The notes below the pieces were generated by a model. The model saw only the letters and a list, made by a program, of their open reading frames with translations, was not told where the DNA came from and searched no databases. The translations under genes were made by a program, and so were the position numbers. A DNA stretch of 64,000 bases from an uncultured Trueperaceae bacterium (GTDB lineage: Bacteria; Deinococcota; Deinococci; Deinococcales; Trueperaceae). Shown here piece after piece: positions 38,901-48,321 of the stretch (positions within the stretch are counted from its first letter, which is position 1; each line of letters begins with the position of its first letter). The stretch is from assembly GCA_963815215.1 (NCBI GenBank), contig CAWFFU010000010.1, positions 192,001 to 256,000 on the forward strand, read 5' to 3'.

Positions 38901-39200
38901 CTTCTCGACGATTTCGGCGTACGTGTGGTCGAGGCCGACGGGCGTGTGCTGGCGCCCGAGCGCTTGAGTCAGGGCACGCAGGACCAGCTCGCGCTGGCGC
39001 TGCGGATCGCCATCGCCGACCACGTGACCGACGACGTCCGTCTGCCCCTCGTGCTCGACGATCCGTTCCTGCACTGGGATGCGGCGCGGCGCGAGCGAGC
39101 CCGGGTGGCGCTCGCGCGTGTGGCGCGGGAGCGCCAGGTCGTCCTGCTGAGCCACGACGCCGCGTTCGAGACGTGGGGCCAGGCGGTCACCGTCGAGTAG
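35988..39200 (+). CDS. SbcC/Rad50-like SMC ATPase (YhaN-like) with central TM hairpin
   Basis: Walker A RPNEWGKSS, long coiled coils, signature LSQGTQDQL, Walker B VLDDPF, LLSH; GTGA overlap with the nuclease gene. Confidence 0.85.
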   Translation: MSRRGRSRAGSGRTDPTRPGRHAVGVLWERLELPATWTLEARSLRFPEGLATLVRPNEWGKSSVVRGLTDVLFGPVADEADRSGGSGRLTFVGVDGVRYRLERDLAGGAAELLSESGEVDGTAAEAGPEEEPEATSWQPVDGAEGEGLRETLARVLGLPERDAFVQSFCVTQPLPRPERLSAEVQRLLVGSGRGSVERALSRLEEEVAARTSNARSWGLTDGIEDGIEDGELERCDARLAAVERSIEDGREAVDGAQETARALADAEARRGLHQEEAVRLEGEVERLRSYLVRRRAHDERAEAGRAAAQTLARAEALQADASRAHARVSAVWPELADAPDDGEARLAALMVAERTYLEARAASQNAERTRESVQRAAAERSRELERHVARAPFHDDDEGLTIAAVRELRAAAEQAVTDWRAFLRRETGVSEARSGLRPYALLALAPEQDRALLRRYDYEAEARVRAVEGLEVAVREARAERRRLLVPDPELPNELEADALRSALASRSRRGRAVLAQLGSASLLGLAVYWVASQGLTDGLSGGLALLVAVGVGVLLRPPGIAGSSGRRFRGRNRAELELLLSRYDAWQKQPAPTRRDVLRLENEMEAARDQLRAFQRRMQPYQEAYPEPGSAFDAFRDAQRTLLQREEVHRELGIRTFGVAPEAVKARSPLEMPAPWPRLAAFAAARGGRAQSVAELCGFLEDAAGASWDDVLQAAEGRDRARRAFRAERERLRHDVAVAETVLEEREATATRLRVELQAAEASREEHMAPMAMLLDRTGGDADELLRRWRERDQAVQEAERSFDALASLLDAADCESLEALKERVAHREAEAAEEWRALQALVAGEPALPAAGEPIDRSHLLDRLEALEDRVGFERSARQAVEAEVYERTRELAALQAKPVVNLAKAWAERAALSRTRRALAAEIEALVTAHTELRASVRDFQGSYRERLERLASRHLAALTEQEGRGVRLLDDFGVRVVEADGRVLAPERLSQGTQDQLALALRIAIADHVTDDVRLPLVLDDPFLHWDAARRERARVALARVARERQVVLLSHDAAFETWGQAVTVE

Positions 39201-39329
39201 CGGTACCCTCGGCGACGCCCTATACCGTGGTGCGTGGTGGTATCAGCAACCCTGACCTCGACCGTTCCGCGAGCGCTTGGGCCGCAACCCAGGGCATTTC
39301 CGGGAGATCGAGACGGTGTGCGCGATTCC

Positions 39330-39358
39330 TTGTGAAGCGCCGCACGGTTCGCTAGACT
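39330..39358 (+). promoter_or_regulatory. Promoter TTGTGA-17-TAGACT
   Basis: Correct spacing; lies upstream of the AGGAG RBS and ATG 39420. Confidence 0.55.
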
Positions 39359-39419
39359 TGTACCGGTCCACTCCCCCCAAGCACAACACCCAAGACACCG
39401 TGGATCTAGGAGACGTTGG

Positions 39420-39797
39420 ATGTCCCAGTCAGAAGTGAAAGTTCTGGTACCCCAGGAGCGTGTCGCAGAGTTCTACCGCATGGTGGGGGTGTGGTTGGAC
39501 CGCGACCGCGGCGGCCAGCGGGCCGAGCCGAGTCTCTCGCCGAAGAGTCGCTACGCCCCCTTGCAGGAGCATCTCGAGGGCGTCGGCCGGGAGCGCAAGA
39601 AGGTCGGTCTGCGCTTCGACGAGATCAGCAAGGTGCTCGGCAAGCCGCTGCCCAGATCGGCCTTCGCTCACCGCGCATGGTGGGCGAACACCCGCTCGCA
39701 CGCCCAGGCACTCGCCTGGTTGTCGGCGGGGTGGAAGGTCGAGCACGTCGACCTGACCGGCAAGGCGGTCGATTTCGTGCGCCCCGGCAAGGCGTGA
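39420..39797 (+). CDS. Small protein with a conserved domain of unknown function (DUF7662-like)
   Basis: Pattern YAPLQEHL..LRFDEI..LGKPLPRSA..RAWWAN..AWLSAGW..VD; family name from memory, not verified. Confidence 0.7.
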   Translation: MSQSEVKVLVPQERVAEFYRMVGVWLDRDRGGQRAEPSLSPKSRYAPLQEHLEGVGRERKKVGLRFDEISKVLGKPLPRSAFAHRAWWANTRSHAQALAWLSAGWKVEHVDLTGKAVDFVRPGKA

Positions 39798-39978
39798 GCG
39801 GCAGGTACGAGCGCCGCCGCTAGGCGGCACCACTCGAGCGGGCTCCTGTCGAGCGAGCCCCGGAGCATGGCGGCCACCGGCCGCACCGCATGGAGGAGAT
39901 GGAGACCCCCGAGGAGGAACCCTCCGCGGGGGTCTCGTGGTCGGGGGTGGCGCACTCCGCGCGCCCGGGAAGGGGCCC

Positions 39979-42720
39979 TCAGGCCACGCGTCCCAACCCC
40001 ACGGCCTTGCCCACCTGTCCGACCAACGTTGGAGCCAGGCTGGCGGACGCCACCAGTCCCCAGGCGGAGGCGTCGAGGGGGGTGAGCTCCAGCACCAGCC
40101 GAGCGCCGGGTATCGCCATGGCCGCCAGCAGCAGGCCGCTGCACAGTGCCAGCGCGCCCCACACCCACGGGTTGCGGGTGATCTCGTTCGCCAGCAGCGG
40201 GCTCCCCGGCTCACGCATGTCGAACACATGCCAGAGTTGAGCGAAGGCCAGCGTGAGGAACGACACCGTCACCGCCTCGGCCGGGCCCAGGCCGAGCGGG
40301 CCCAGCGCCAATGCGAACGCCGCCAGCACCGCCAGCGTGATCAGCAGGGCGTAGCCGGTGAGGCTGCGCCAGTGGCGGGCGGCCAGCACCGGCTCCGCCG
40401 GGTCGCGCGGGCGCCGCGCGAGGACGTCGGGGGCGCCCTCACCGGCCCCCAGCGCGAGTGCCGGGAACACGTCGGTGACCAGGTTGAGGAACAGGATCTG
40501 GAGCGGTGGAAGCAGGGGCATCGACGCCCCCAGGGCCGACGCCGTGCCGATGACCAGGATCTCGCTCAGGTTGCACGACAGCAGGTAGAGCACGAAGACG
40601 CGGATGGTGTCGAAGATGATGCGCCCCTGCTTGACGGCCTCGACGATGGTGCCGAAGGCGTCGTCCTTGAGGACCATGTCGGCCGCCTCGCGGGCCACCT
40701 CGGTGCCGTGGAGTCCCATCGCCACCCCGATATCGGCCTTCTTCAGGGCGGGGGCGTCGTTGACGCCGTCGCCCGTCATGGCGACGATGGCGCCGCGCGC
40801 CTGGTAGAGGCGGATGAGTTCGAGCTTCTGCTCCGGGGTGACGCGCGCCAGGATGTCGGCGCCGACCAGCGCGTCGTCCCCGTCGGCGCTGCGGTTCGCC
40901 AGCAGGCGGGCCATGTCGCTTCCCGCCACGACCTTCGCCGGGCCGGCCGTCAGGCCAACCGCCCGCCCGATGCTGGCGGCCGTCACCGCCTGATCGCCGG
41001 TCACCATCACCACCCGGATGCCCGCCTGATGGCAGCCCTCGATGGCGCTCGCGACGCCCTGCCGCGGCGGATCCTCGAGCCCGACCAGCGCCAGCAGGGT
41101 GAGGTCGCCGTAGAGCTCGGCCTGCTCCCGCTCCTCAGCGCGCGAGGCGAGGGCCAGCACGCGTAGACCGCGGCCCGCCAGCTCGCGGTTGCGCTCTTCC
41201 CAGAGCGCCCGTTCACGCGACTCCAGGTGGTGGCTGCCGTCGGCATGGGCGACCCGGGTGCAGGCTTGCAGGACGCTCTCCGGAGCGCCCTTCACGGCGA
41301 CGCGGTAGCGTCCGCCGGCGCCGCCGGCGCCGGCCTCGTGGAGCGTGCCCATCATCTTGTTGTCCGGATCGAACGCCACCTCCCGCACCTCGGGGTGACG
41401 GTCCAGGAGCGCCTCGCGCGTCACGCCGGCCGCTGCCGCCGCCCGCAGCAGGGCCACCTCGAGCGGATCGCCGACGCCGTGGCCGGACGCGCCGCCGAGC
41501 GCGGCGTTGTTGCACAGCGCTGCCACCTCGAGCGCGGCGCGCAGGTTCGGGAGCCGCTCGAGCGCGGCCGGCGCGCCGTCGAGCGTCAGGCCACCGCCCT
41601 GCCCGGACGGTTCGGCCCGCCCCTCGGCCAGCCACAGGCCTGCGACACTCAGGCGGTTCTCCGTGAGCGTGCCGGTCTTGTCCGTGAAGATGACGCTGGT
41701 GGCCCCCAACGTCTCGACGGCCGACAAGCGATTGACGAGGGCGTTGCGATCGGCCATGCGGCGCATGCCGCGGGCCAGCGTGATGGTGGCGATGATCGGC
41801 AACCCTTCGGGCACCGTCGCGACCGCCAGCGCGATGGCGGTCTCCAGGATCAGCAGCCACGGTTTGCCGGCGAGGAGACCGGTGACGCCGATGACGGCGG
41901 CGACGACCAGCGTGACCCACACCAGGCGCTGGCCGAGACGGTCGAGGCGGTGTTCCAACGGCGTGGCCTCGTCCTCGGCCTCGGCCACGAGCTGCGAGAT
42001 GCGTCCCAGCTCGGTCCCCATGCCGGTGGCGATCACCACGCCCTCGCCCGATCCGCGACTGATCGAGGTTCCCTTGTAGAGCATGCAGGCGCGCTCGGCC
42101 AGCGGGGCGTCGGCGGCGACCGCCCGGGCGCGCTTGCCGACGGGCAGCGACTCGCCGGTGAGTGCCGACTCGTCGGCCTGAAGCTTCGACGCCTGCAGCA
42201 GCCGCACGTCGGCGGTGACGACGTCGCCGCCCTCCACCAGCACGATGTCGCCCGGAACCAGCGCGTCGGCCTCGACGGTGTCGAGCCGGCCCTCTCGGCG
42301 GACGGTGGCGTGCACCCGGCCGAGACTGCGCAGCGCCTCCATCGACCGCACCGCGCGCAGCTCGGTCATGAAACCGATGGCGGCGTTCACCGCCAGCACC
42401 ACCATCACCGCCAGCGCTTCCGCCCACTGTCCGAACAGTGCCGACAACAGCGCCGCAGCGGCCAACAGGGCCGCCAGCATGCTTCGGAACTGCGCCACCA
42501 GGATCTGCCCGCGGCTGCGCCGCAGTGCCTCGCGCAACGCGTTCGGGCCGTAACGCTCGAGCCGGCGCGCGACTTCGTGCGGGTCGAGGCCCGAGCGGGG
42601 ATCGGCGTCGAGGGCGGACAGGACCGCCTCGGATGGCAGGGCCCAGGGCGCGGCCACGGCTCCGCCCACCGATCCGGGGTCGGAGGCGTCCCGGTCGGGA
42701 GGGATGCGGGTCGCGCTCAT
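39979..42720 (-). CDS. Cation-transporting P-type ATPase (type II, Ca2+-like)
   Basis: LTGES, PEGLP, DKTGTLT, KGAPE, MVTGD, TGDGVNDAPALK and NLVTD motifs. Confidence 0.95.
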   Translation of the reverse strand: MSATRIPPDRDASDPGSVGGAVAAPWALPSEAVLSALDADPRSGLDPHEVARRLERYGPNALREALRRSRGQILVAQFRSMLAALLAAAALLSALFGQWAEALAVMVVLAVNAAIGFMTELRAVRSMEALRSLGRVHATVRREGRLDTVEADALVPGDIVLVEGGDVVTADVRLLQASKLQADESALTGESLPVGKRARAVAADAPLAERACMLYKGTSISRGSGEGVVIATGMGTELGRISQLVAEAEDEATPLEHRLDRLGQRLVWVTLVVAAVIGVTGLLAGKPWLLILETAIALAVATVPEGLPIIATITLARGMRRMADRNALVNRLSAVETLGATSVIFTDKTGTLTENRLSVAGLWLAEGRAEPSGQGGGLTLDGAPAALERLPNLRAALEVAALCNNAALGGASGHGVGDPLEVALLRAAAAAGVTREALLDRHPEVREVAFDPDNKMMGTLHEAGAGGAGGRYRVAVKGAPESVLQACTRVAHADGSHHLESRERALWEERNRELAGRGLRVLALASRAEEREQAELYGDLTLLALVGLEDPPRQGVASAIEGCHQAGIRVVMVTGDQAVTAASIGRAVGLTAGPAKVVAGSDMARLLANRSADGDDALVGADILARVTPEQKLELIRLYQARGAIVAMTGDGVNDAPALKKADIGVAMGLHGTEVAREAADMVLKDDAFGTIVEAVKQGRIIFDTIRVFVLYLLSCNLSEILVIGTASALGASMPLLPPLQILFLNLVTDVFPALALGAGEGAPDVLARRPRDPAEPVLAARHWRSLTGYALLITLAVLAAFALALGPLGLGPAEAVTVSFLTLAFAQLWHVFDMREPGSPLLANEITRNPWVWGALALCSGLLLAAMAIPGARLVLELTPLDASAWGLVASASLAPTLVGQVGKAVGLGRVA

Positions 42721-42962
42721 GACACCAGCCTAACGGCGCGGCGCCGGAGCCGGCCGGGACGCCCGCATTGCCGGGACGGCGCCCGGGCGGACCGGTTCCG
42801 CTGCCCCCCGACCGCCGCGAGCGGCCGCGCACTGCCGGGCCCCGCAGGCGTGTCGTCCGGGAGGCAGGCCCGGGCGCGCTCGCTCGGGTAGGCTCTACAG
42901 CGCCGGCATCGCGTCACGAACGACCCGTCCGCGGCCGTTGCCATCGAAGGAGGCGGTTGTCC

Positions 42963-43961
42963 ATGCAGTATCGCTCTCTCGGTTCCTCCGGACTGCGCGT
43001 ATCGGCCCTGTCGTTCGGCGCCTGGGTCACCTTCGGTGACCAGATCGGCGAGGACACGGCCTACGACATGATGAAGGCCGCCATCGACGCCGGCGTGAAC
43101 TTCTTCGACAACGCCGAAGCCTACTCGGCCGGCAAGGCCGAGACGATGATGGGCAACGTCATCAAGCGGGCCGGCTGGAAGCGCTCCGACCTGGTGCTGT
43201 CCACCAAGATCTTCTGGGGCGGGCCCGGCCCGAACGACCGGGGCCTGAGCCGCAAGCACATCATCGAGGGCACCAGCGCCGCCCTGAAGCGCCTGCAGAC
43301 CGACTACGTCGATCTGATCTTCTGTCACCGTCCCGACCGCTCCACCCCCATCGAGGAGACGGTGCGGGCCATGAACTACCTGATCGACCAGGGCATGGCG
43401 TTCTACTGGGGCACCAGCGAGTGGACCGCCGAGGAGATCCGCGAGGCGCACGAAGTGGCGCGCCGCGAGCATCTGGTCGGGCCCACCATGGAGCAGCCGC
43501 AGTACAACATGCTCCACCGTGAACGCGTCGAGCGCGAGTACGCGCGCCTCTACGACGCGTTCCAGCTCGGTCTGACGGTCTGGAGTCCGCTGGCCAGTGG
43601 GATCCTCACCGGCAAGTACGATGAGGGCTTCCAGGAGGGCACGCGCTTCGGGCTCGAGGGCTACGAGTGGCTGCGCCAGCGGCTGGAGTCCGAGCAGGGG
43701 ATGCGCGAGCGCGAGAGTGTCAGGAACCTCAAGCCGATCGCCGACGATCTCGGCATCAGCCGCGCGCAGCTGGCGTTGGCCTGGGCGCTGAAGAACCCCA
43801 ATGTGAGCACCGTCATCACCGGCGCGTCGCGCGCCGAGCAGGTCACCGAGAACATGAAGGCCGTCGACGCGGCCGACAAGATCACGCCCGACGTGATGGC
43901 GACCATCGACGAGGTGCTGGGCAACAAGCCGGCCGCGCTGGAGGCTTTCGGGCGCGATTGA
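42963..43961 (+). CDS. Aldo/keto reductase (Kv-beta-like subfamily)
   Basis: [32 protein letters not shown] and WSPLASG motifs. Confidence 0.93.
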   Translation: MQYRSLGSSGLRVSALSFGAWVTFGDQIGEDTAYDMMKAAIDAGVNFFDNAEAYSAGKAETMMGNVIKRAGWKRSDLVLSTKIFWGGPGPNDRGLSRKHIIEGTSAALKRLQTDYVDLIFCHRPDRSTPIEETVRAMNYLIDQGMAFYWGTSEWTAEEIREAHEVARREHLVGPTMEQPQYNMLHRERVEREYARLYDAFQLGLTVWSPLASGILTGKYDEGFQEGTRFGLEGYEWLRQRLESEQGMRERESVRNLKPIADDLGISRAQLALAWALKNPNVSTVITGASRAEQVTENMKAVDAADKITPDVMATIDEVLGNKPAALEAFGRD

Positions 43962-43999
43962 TCCCGCCTTCGCCGCCCGCGCCAGGCGGTCTCGATACG

Positions 44000-44045
44000 C
44001 ACCATCCGGGCCCGTCCGCACCTTCGCGGACGGGCCCGGATGGTG
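44000..44045. terminator. 20-bp perfect hairpin between convergent genes (likely bidirectional terminator)
   Basis: CACCATCCGGGCCCGTCCGC-accttc-GCGGACGGGCCCGGATGGTG. Confidence 0.75.
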
Positions 44046-44143
44046 GACGCCGGCGGGACCGCTCCGTCCGATCCGCGCCTCGGTACGTCGCGCCGGCCCG
44101 CGCCGTGGGGTCGGCCAGGTGCGCCCCGCGCGCTACCCGTGGT

Positions 44144-45490
44144 TCAGGGAGCGGTCGTGAACGTCGACTCCTTGGACGAGGTGGACCAGCTCGGCATGTC
44201 CGGCCCTGCGATCGAGATCGGCCCGGACCCTCCGGCGAACATCCCTTCGAGCTCCAGCAAGGGACCCACCATCCCGGCCGGACCGGCCGCGGCGTCCATC
44301 GACGCGAAGGGCCCTACGGCCTGGACCGAGAAGGCGTAACCCGCGCCATTCGGGAGCGCCCTGTTGATGGCGGTGAGATCCGGGAGGGTCGTCGAGGTAT
44401 CGGTCGTGACGATGTAGAGCTGGGTCCCGGTCCCGGTCGGCTGGAGCGCCACCAGGTAGACCGATCCCGCCAGCGCCGTCCAGCTGAAGGTGGTGCCGGG
44501 AGCCACGTTCGTGGCTCCGGAGGCGGGCGCGGTGGGCATGGCGACGTCGGGCAGGATGAGGGAGGCCGACGGGTTCGGCGCCGTCACGGCGTCCCACGCT
44601 GCGGTGGAGTCGCCCGCACCGTCGCTCGCCGCCGCGGCCAGTCCGTGACTGATGCCGCTGGCGATCGGCACCATGGTGTTCGAGAACGAGCCGGGCGGGG
44701 TGGCGTTCGCAAGCGGGAGCCCCACGAGGGCGCCGGCCGAGGCCGGTCCGAACCGGATCACCGCACGGCCGTCGTTGAGCGTGTAGCCCGATGGCGCCGT
44801 CAGGCTCCCACTCAGGGCCCCTGTCGAGACGGAGCCGGCGGGGATGGTGACGCCCGTGAGCGCGTCACCGTCATGCAAGGTGACGTCGGTCGAGCCGTAG
44901 CCCGTGTAGCTGGTCGGGTTGCCACTGCCGTCGACGATGGCGCGGATGCCGTAGAGCGTGATGTGCAGTGGATCGGTCGTGCTCCACCGGACCGTGCCGG
45001 GCCCGATGGTCGAGCTGCCGGAGGCGCCGCCCGCGCCACCGAACGCGATCGCGGAGCCGCCTGGGAACATGGCACCGACCTCGGTCGGCTGGAACGGAGC
45101 GGTGCCGATCGTGCCGGCGACGGTCGCCTGGTGGCCGGGCGAGACCCCCAAGACCTGGACGGTCGGGTCGGTCCTCGTCAGGCCCTGGTAGACCCAGACC
45201 TCGGAGTTGCCCGGGAAGCTCAGGGTGACGTCGTAGGGCGTGTGGACGTCCGCTACCGTGAAGGTCCCGTCGGTTGCGGTGCTCGTGACCTTGCCGTCGA
45301 CGAGGACGTTGGCGTTGGCGATGGGGCTGAAGGTGTCGATCACCCGCCCTTGCACGGTGATGACCGACGGCGCCGTTGGTCCGGCGCAGCCCGTCAGGAG
45401 CGTCAGGGTCGCGAGGACTGCGAAGCTCGCGATCGCCAGTGGCGAGCGGATGACTCTGGGGGAGCAAGACGAGCGTGGCTGGTCGGGCAT
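44144..45490 (-). CDS. Putative lipoprotein, Thr/Gly-rich beta-sandwich (carboxypeptidase-regulatory-like N domain)
   Basis: LLTGC lipobox; VQGRVID..PIANANV..TATDGTFTV..PYDV..VYQGLTRTDPT; GGAGG RBS. Confidence 0.75.
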   Translation of the reverse strand: MPDQPRSSCSPRVIRSPLAIASFAVLATLTLLTGCAGPTAPSVITVQGRVIDTFSPIANANVLVDGKVTSTATDGTFTVADVHTPYDVTLSFPGNSEVWVYQGLTRTDPTVQVLGVSPGHQATVAGTIGTAPFQPTEVGAMFPGGSAIAFGGAGGASGSSTIGPGTVRWSTTDPLHITLYGIRAIVDGSGNPTSYTGYGSTDVTLHDGDALTGVTIPAGSVSTGALSGSLTAPSGYTLNDGRAVIRFGPASAGALVGLPLANATPPGSFSNTMVPIASGISHGLAAAASDGAGDSTAAWDAVTAPNPSASLILPDVAMPTAPASGATNVAPGTTFSWTALAGSVYLVALQPTGTGTQLYIVTTDTSTTLPDLTAINRALPNGAGYAFSVQAVGPFASMDAAAGPAGMVGPLLELEGMFAGGSGPISIAGPDMPSWSTSSKESTFTTAP

Positions 45491-45574
45491 GCGCACCTCC
45501 GGAGGGGTGGTCGGCGGCACCGCTCGAACCGGTCGGGGCACGAGGCAGGACGCGGGCACGACCCCCACCTAACC

Positions 45575-45622
45575 AGGATGGCAGGGCACCGTCTAGCCTG
45601 CGTCTAGCTTGCGTCTAGCCTG
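45575..45622 (-). promoter_or_regulatory. SARP-type promoter: 3 x CTAGACG at 11-bp period, 9 nt, -10 CATCCT
   Basis: + strand CGTCTAG at 45590, 45601 and 45612; AGGATG at 45575-45580. Confidence 0.75.
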
Positions 45623-45631
45623 CGCCCGACG

Positions 45632-47137
45632 TCACCAGTTCCGCAGCGTCTCGACCAGCAGGCGCACCCCGAAGCCGGTCGCCCCCGCCGGGCGGTAGCC
45701 GTCGGCGCGGTCGCGCAGCACCATGCCGGCGATGTCCAGGTGGGCCCAGGGGTAGGCCACGAACTCTTTCAGGAAGGCGGCCGAGGTGCCGACCCCGCCG
45801 TTGCGGGCGCCGGCGTTCTGGATGTCGGCGATCTTCGAGTCGATGGACTCGCGGTAATCGTCGTAGAGCGGCAGCGGCCACACGCGCTCGTGCGTCGCCG
45901 TGCCCGCGCGCTCGAGCCGTCGGCCGAGCGCCTCGTCGTTGGAGAACACCCCCGCCGCGACCCCCTTGCCGAGTGCCACCACGCACGAGCCGGTGAGGGT
46001 GGCGAGGTCGATGACGGCGTCGGGCCGGAAGCTCTGGGCGTGGGCCAGGGCGTCGGCGAGCGCCAGGCGCCCCTCCGCATCGGTGCTGAGGACCTCGATG
46101 CTGACGCCGTTGCTCGCCACCAGCACGTCCGAGGGGCGGTAGGCGGCGCCGTCGGGCATGTTCTCGACGCAGGGGCAGATGCCGACCAGATGCAGCGGCA
46201 GCTCGAGCGCAGCGGCGGCCTGCATGGCGCCGAGCACGGCCGCTGCGCCGCCCATGTCGCTCTTCATGGGGATCATGCCTTCGTGCGTCTTCAGGGACAG
46301 GCCGCCGGAGTCGAACGTCACGCCCTTGCCCACCAGCACCACGGTGGGCAGGTCGGAGGCCTCGGGGTTGTGCTCGAGCACGATGAAGGCCGGCTCGTTG
46401 CGGCTCCCCTGGGCCACCGCCAGGAAGGCGCCCATCGAGCGCTGCTGGGCCCAGGCTCGGTCGCCGACCTCGATACGAAGGCCGTGGCGCTCGGCGACGG
46501 CACGCGCGGTGTCGGCCAGGTGGGCGGGACCGGCGACGTTCGGGGGGCGGTTGACGAGGTCGCGGGCCAGCGCCACGCCCCCGGCGACGGCCTCGGCGAC
46601 CGCTGCGCCCCGTCGCAGGGCATCCAGCCGGTCGGCGTCCCGCTCCACCAGCACGATCGCGCTCAGCTCGCTGGGAGACTTCTGGGGGTGCTTCCAACCC
46701 GCGAAGCGGTACGCGGCCAGCAGGCTGCCCTCGGCGGTAGCCTGAGCGGCCGCCTCGGCATCGATCCCGCCGGCCCCAGCGCCGTGGACCACCGTCGCCA
46801 GGCTGCCGCCGCCGAGCTCCAGCGCGCGCTGCACGGCCGCAGCCGCAGCGTGGCGAGCGGCCTCCGCATCGAACGTCGCCTCGGGTCCCAGGCCGGTCAC
46901 GATCACGCGCTTGGCCGGCATGGACCCACGAGGATAGAGCACCGTGGTCTCGCCACGGGCGCCGCTGGCATCGCCGGCGGCGAGGAGCTCCCGGAGCGCT
47001 CCCTGGAGGGCGGCGTCGACGGCGCCGGTGGCGCCGGTGGGCTCGCGTGTGCCCTCGAACAGGTTGACGACGACGGTGTCGGCTTCGACGTTCCGGATGT
47101 CGGCTTGGCGGATCTCCACTCGCATGACGGCCTCCAC
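45632..47137 (-). CDS. pepA: Leucyl aminopeptidase (M17)
   Basis: VGKGVTFDSGG, MKSDMGG, STDAEGRL, ATLTG and WAHLDIAG motifs. Confidence 0.93.
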   Translation of the reverse strand: MEAVMRVEIRQADIRNVEADTVVVNLFEGTREPTGATGAVDAALQGALRELLAAGDASGARGETTVLYPRGSMPAKRVIVTGLGPEATFDAEAARHAAAAAVQRALELGGGSLATVVHGAGAGGIDAEAAAQATAEGSLLAAYRFAGWKHPQKSPSELSAIVLVERDADRLDALRRGAAVAEAVAGGVALARDLVNRPPNVAGPAHLADTARAVAERHGLRIEVGDRAWAQQRSMGAFLAVAQGSRNEPAFIVLEHNPEASDLPTVVLVGKGVTFDSGGLSLKTHEGMIPMKSDMGGAAAVLGAMQAAAALELPLHLVGICPCVENMPDGAAYRPSDVLVASNGVSIEVLSTDAEGRLALADALAHAQSFRPDAVIDLATLTGSCVVALGKGVAAGVFSNDEALGRRLERAGTATHERVWPLPLYDDYRESIDSKIADIQNAGARNGGVGTSAAFLKEFVAYPWAHLDIAGMVLRDRADGYRPAGATGFGVRLLVETLRNW

Positions 47138-47227
47138 AGGCGGACGATACCGCGCGCCGGCCCGGGCGGCGGGCGGCGTCGCGCGGGTGCTTCCGCGGCG
47201 TGGGGCCGTCCCCTATCCTGGAGCCCG

Positions 47228-48295
47228 ATGCTCATACGCCCCGACGAGCTCTATCCGGAAGGCGCAGGCGCGGCGGAACGGACGCTGATCGACGTGCGCT
47301 CGCCCAGGGAGGTGGCGCGTGGCGCCATGCCCGGCAGCCACGCCCTGCCGCTGATGAGCGACCGCGAGAGGCACGAGGTCGGCATCCGCTACAAGGAGGC
47401 CGGCCAGGAAGCCGCCATCGCGCTGGGGTACGAGCTGGCCGGGCCGCATCTGCCCGGCCGCATCGAGGCGTGGCGCGGAGCGTGCGCGGGTGGCCCGGCC
47501 GCGGTGGCGTGCTGGCGCGGTGGCCTACGCAGCGAGCTGGCGCTGTCGTTCATCGATCGGGGCGACGTGGCGCGGGTGGCGGGCGGGTACAAGGCGCTGC
47601 GCCGTCACGTGATGGAGGCGCTGCCCCGTTCGTTGGGCCGCAAGCGCCTGGTGGTCCTGACGGGGCTCACCGGCTCCGGCAAGACGCGCCTGCTGCGTGC
47701 CCTGCCGGCCGACGGCGGCCTGCAGGTGCTCGATCTGGAGGGTGCGGCGCGCCACCGCGGCAGCGCCTTCGGGGCCGAGGACGTCCCGCAGCCCAGCCAG
47801 CAGACCTTCGAGAACGCGCTCGCGACCGAGCTGCTGCTCAGCCCGGCCGAGCGTCTGGTGGTGGAGGACGAGTCTCGCTACGTCGGACGTCGAACGCTAC
47901 CCGACGGACTGATGGAGGCCATGCGCGTGGCACCGCTGGTGGTGCTCGAGACGCCCATGGCGGAGCGCGTCACCCACATCGTCGAGGAGTACGTGCTGGC
48001 GATGGCGCGGCGCCACGGTGTGCGGGCCGCGCGCGAGCGGCTCGAGCACGACACCCGGCGCATCCGCAAGCGCCTCGGCGGTGGCCGCACCGACGGCGTG
48101 GTGGCGGCGCTGCACGCCGCCGAGCAGGCGGACGCCTGGTTCGAGCCCTGCGTCCATCGCTGGTGGGTGCAGACGTTGCTCGAGCACTACTACGACCGCC
48201 TCTACCGCAAGGCGATCGAACGGCACGACCGGCCCGTCGCCATCCGCGGCGACGCCGACGCGGTGACCGACTACCTGCGGAGCGGTCCTGCGTGA
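47228..48295 (+). CDS. mnmH: tRNA 2-selenouridine(34) synthase
   Basis: Rhodanese IDVRSP, CWRGGLRS, GGYKA, P-loop GLTGSGKT, DLEG.A.HRGSAFG, QPSQ..FEN and VEDES motifs. Confidence 0.92.
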   Translation: MLIRPDELYPEGAGAAERTLIDVRSPREVARGAMPGSHALPLMSDRERHEVGIRYKEAGQEAAIALGYELAGPHLPGRIEAWRGACAGGPAAVACWRGGLRSELALSFIDRGDVARVAGGYKALRRHVMEALPRSLGRKRLVVLTGLTGSGKTRLLRALPADGGLQVLDLEGAARHRGSAFGAEDVPQPSQQTFENALATELLLSPAERLVVEDESRYVGRRTLPDGLMEAMRVAPLVVLETPMAERVTHIVEEYVLAMARRHGVRAARERLEHDTRRIRKRLGGGRTDGVVAALHAAEQADAWFEPCVHRWWVQTLLEHYYDRLYRKAIERHDRPVAIRGDADAVTDYLRSGPA

Positions 48296-48321
48296 GCCGT
48301 ATCCGCCTCCGAGGAGCGAGC

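Noticed and set aside
39351..39358. Single CTAGAC as another SARP box (also CGTCTAG at ~13852)
   Set aside because: Not repeated at 11-bp period; better explained as a TAGACT -10 or as coding sequence.
45740..47227. Long N-terminal extensions in the ORF track for mnmH (also selD, ymdB, GH84, GH2, fasciclin)
   Set aside because: They overlap neighbouring genes; RBS or -10 evidence supports the downstream starts.
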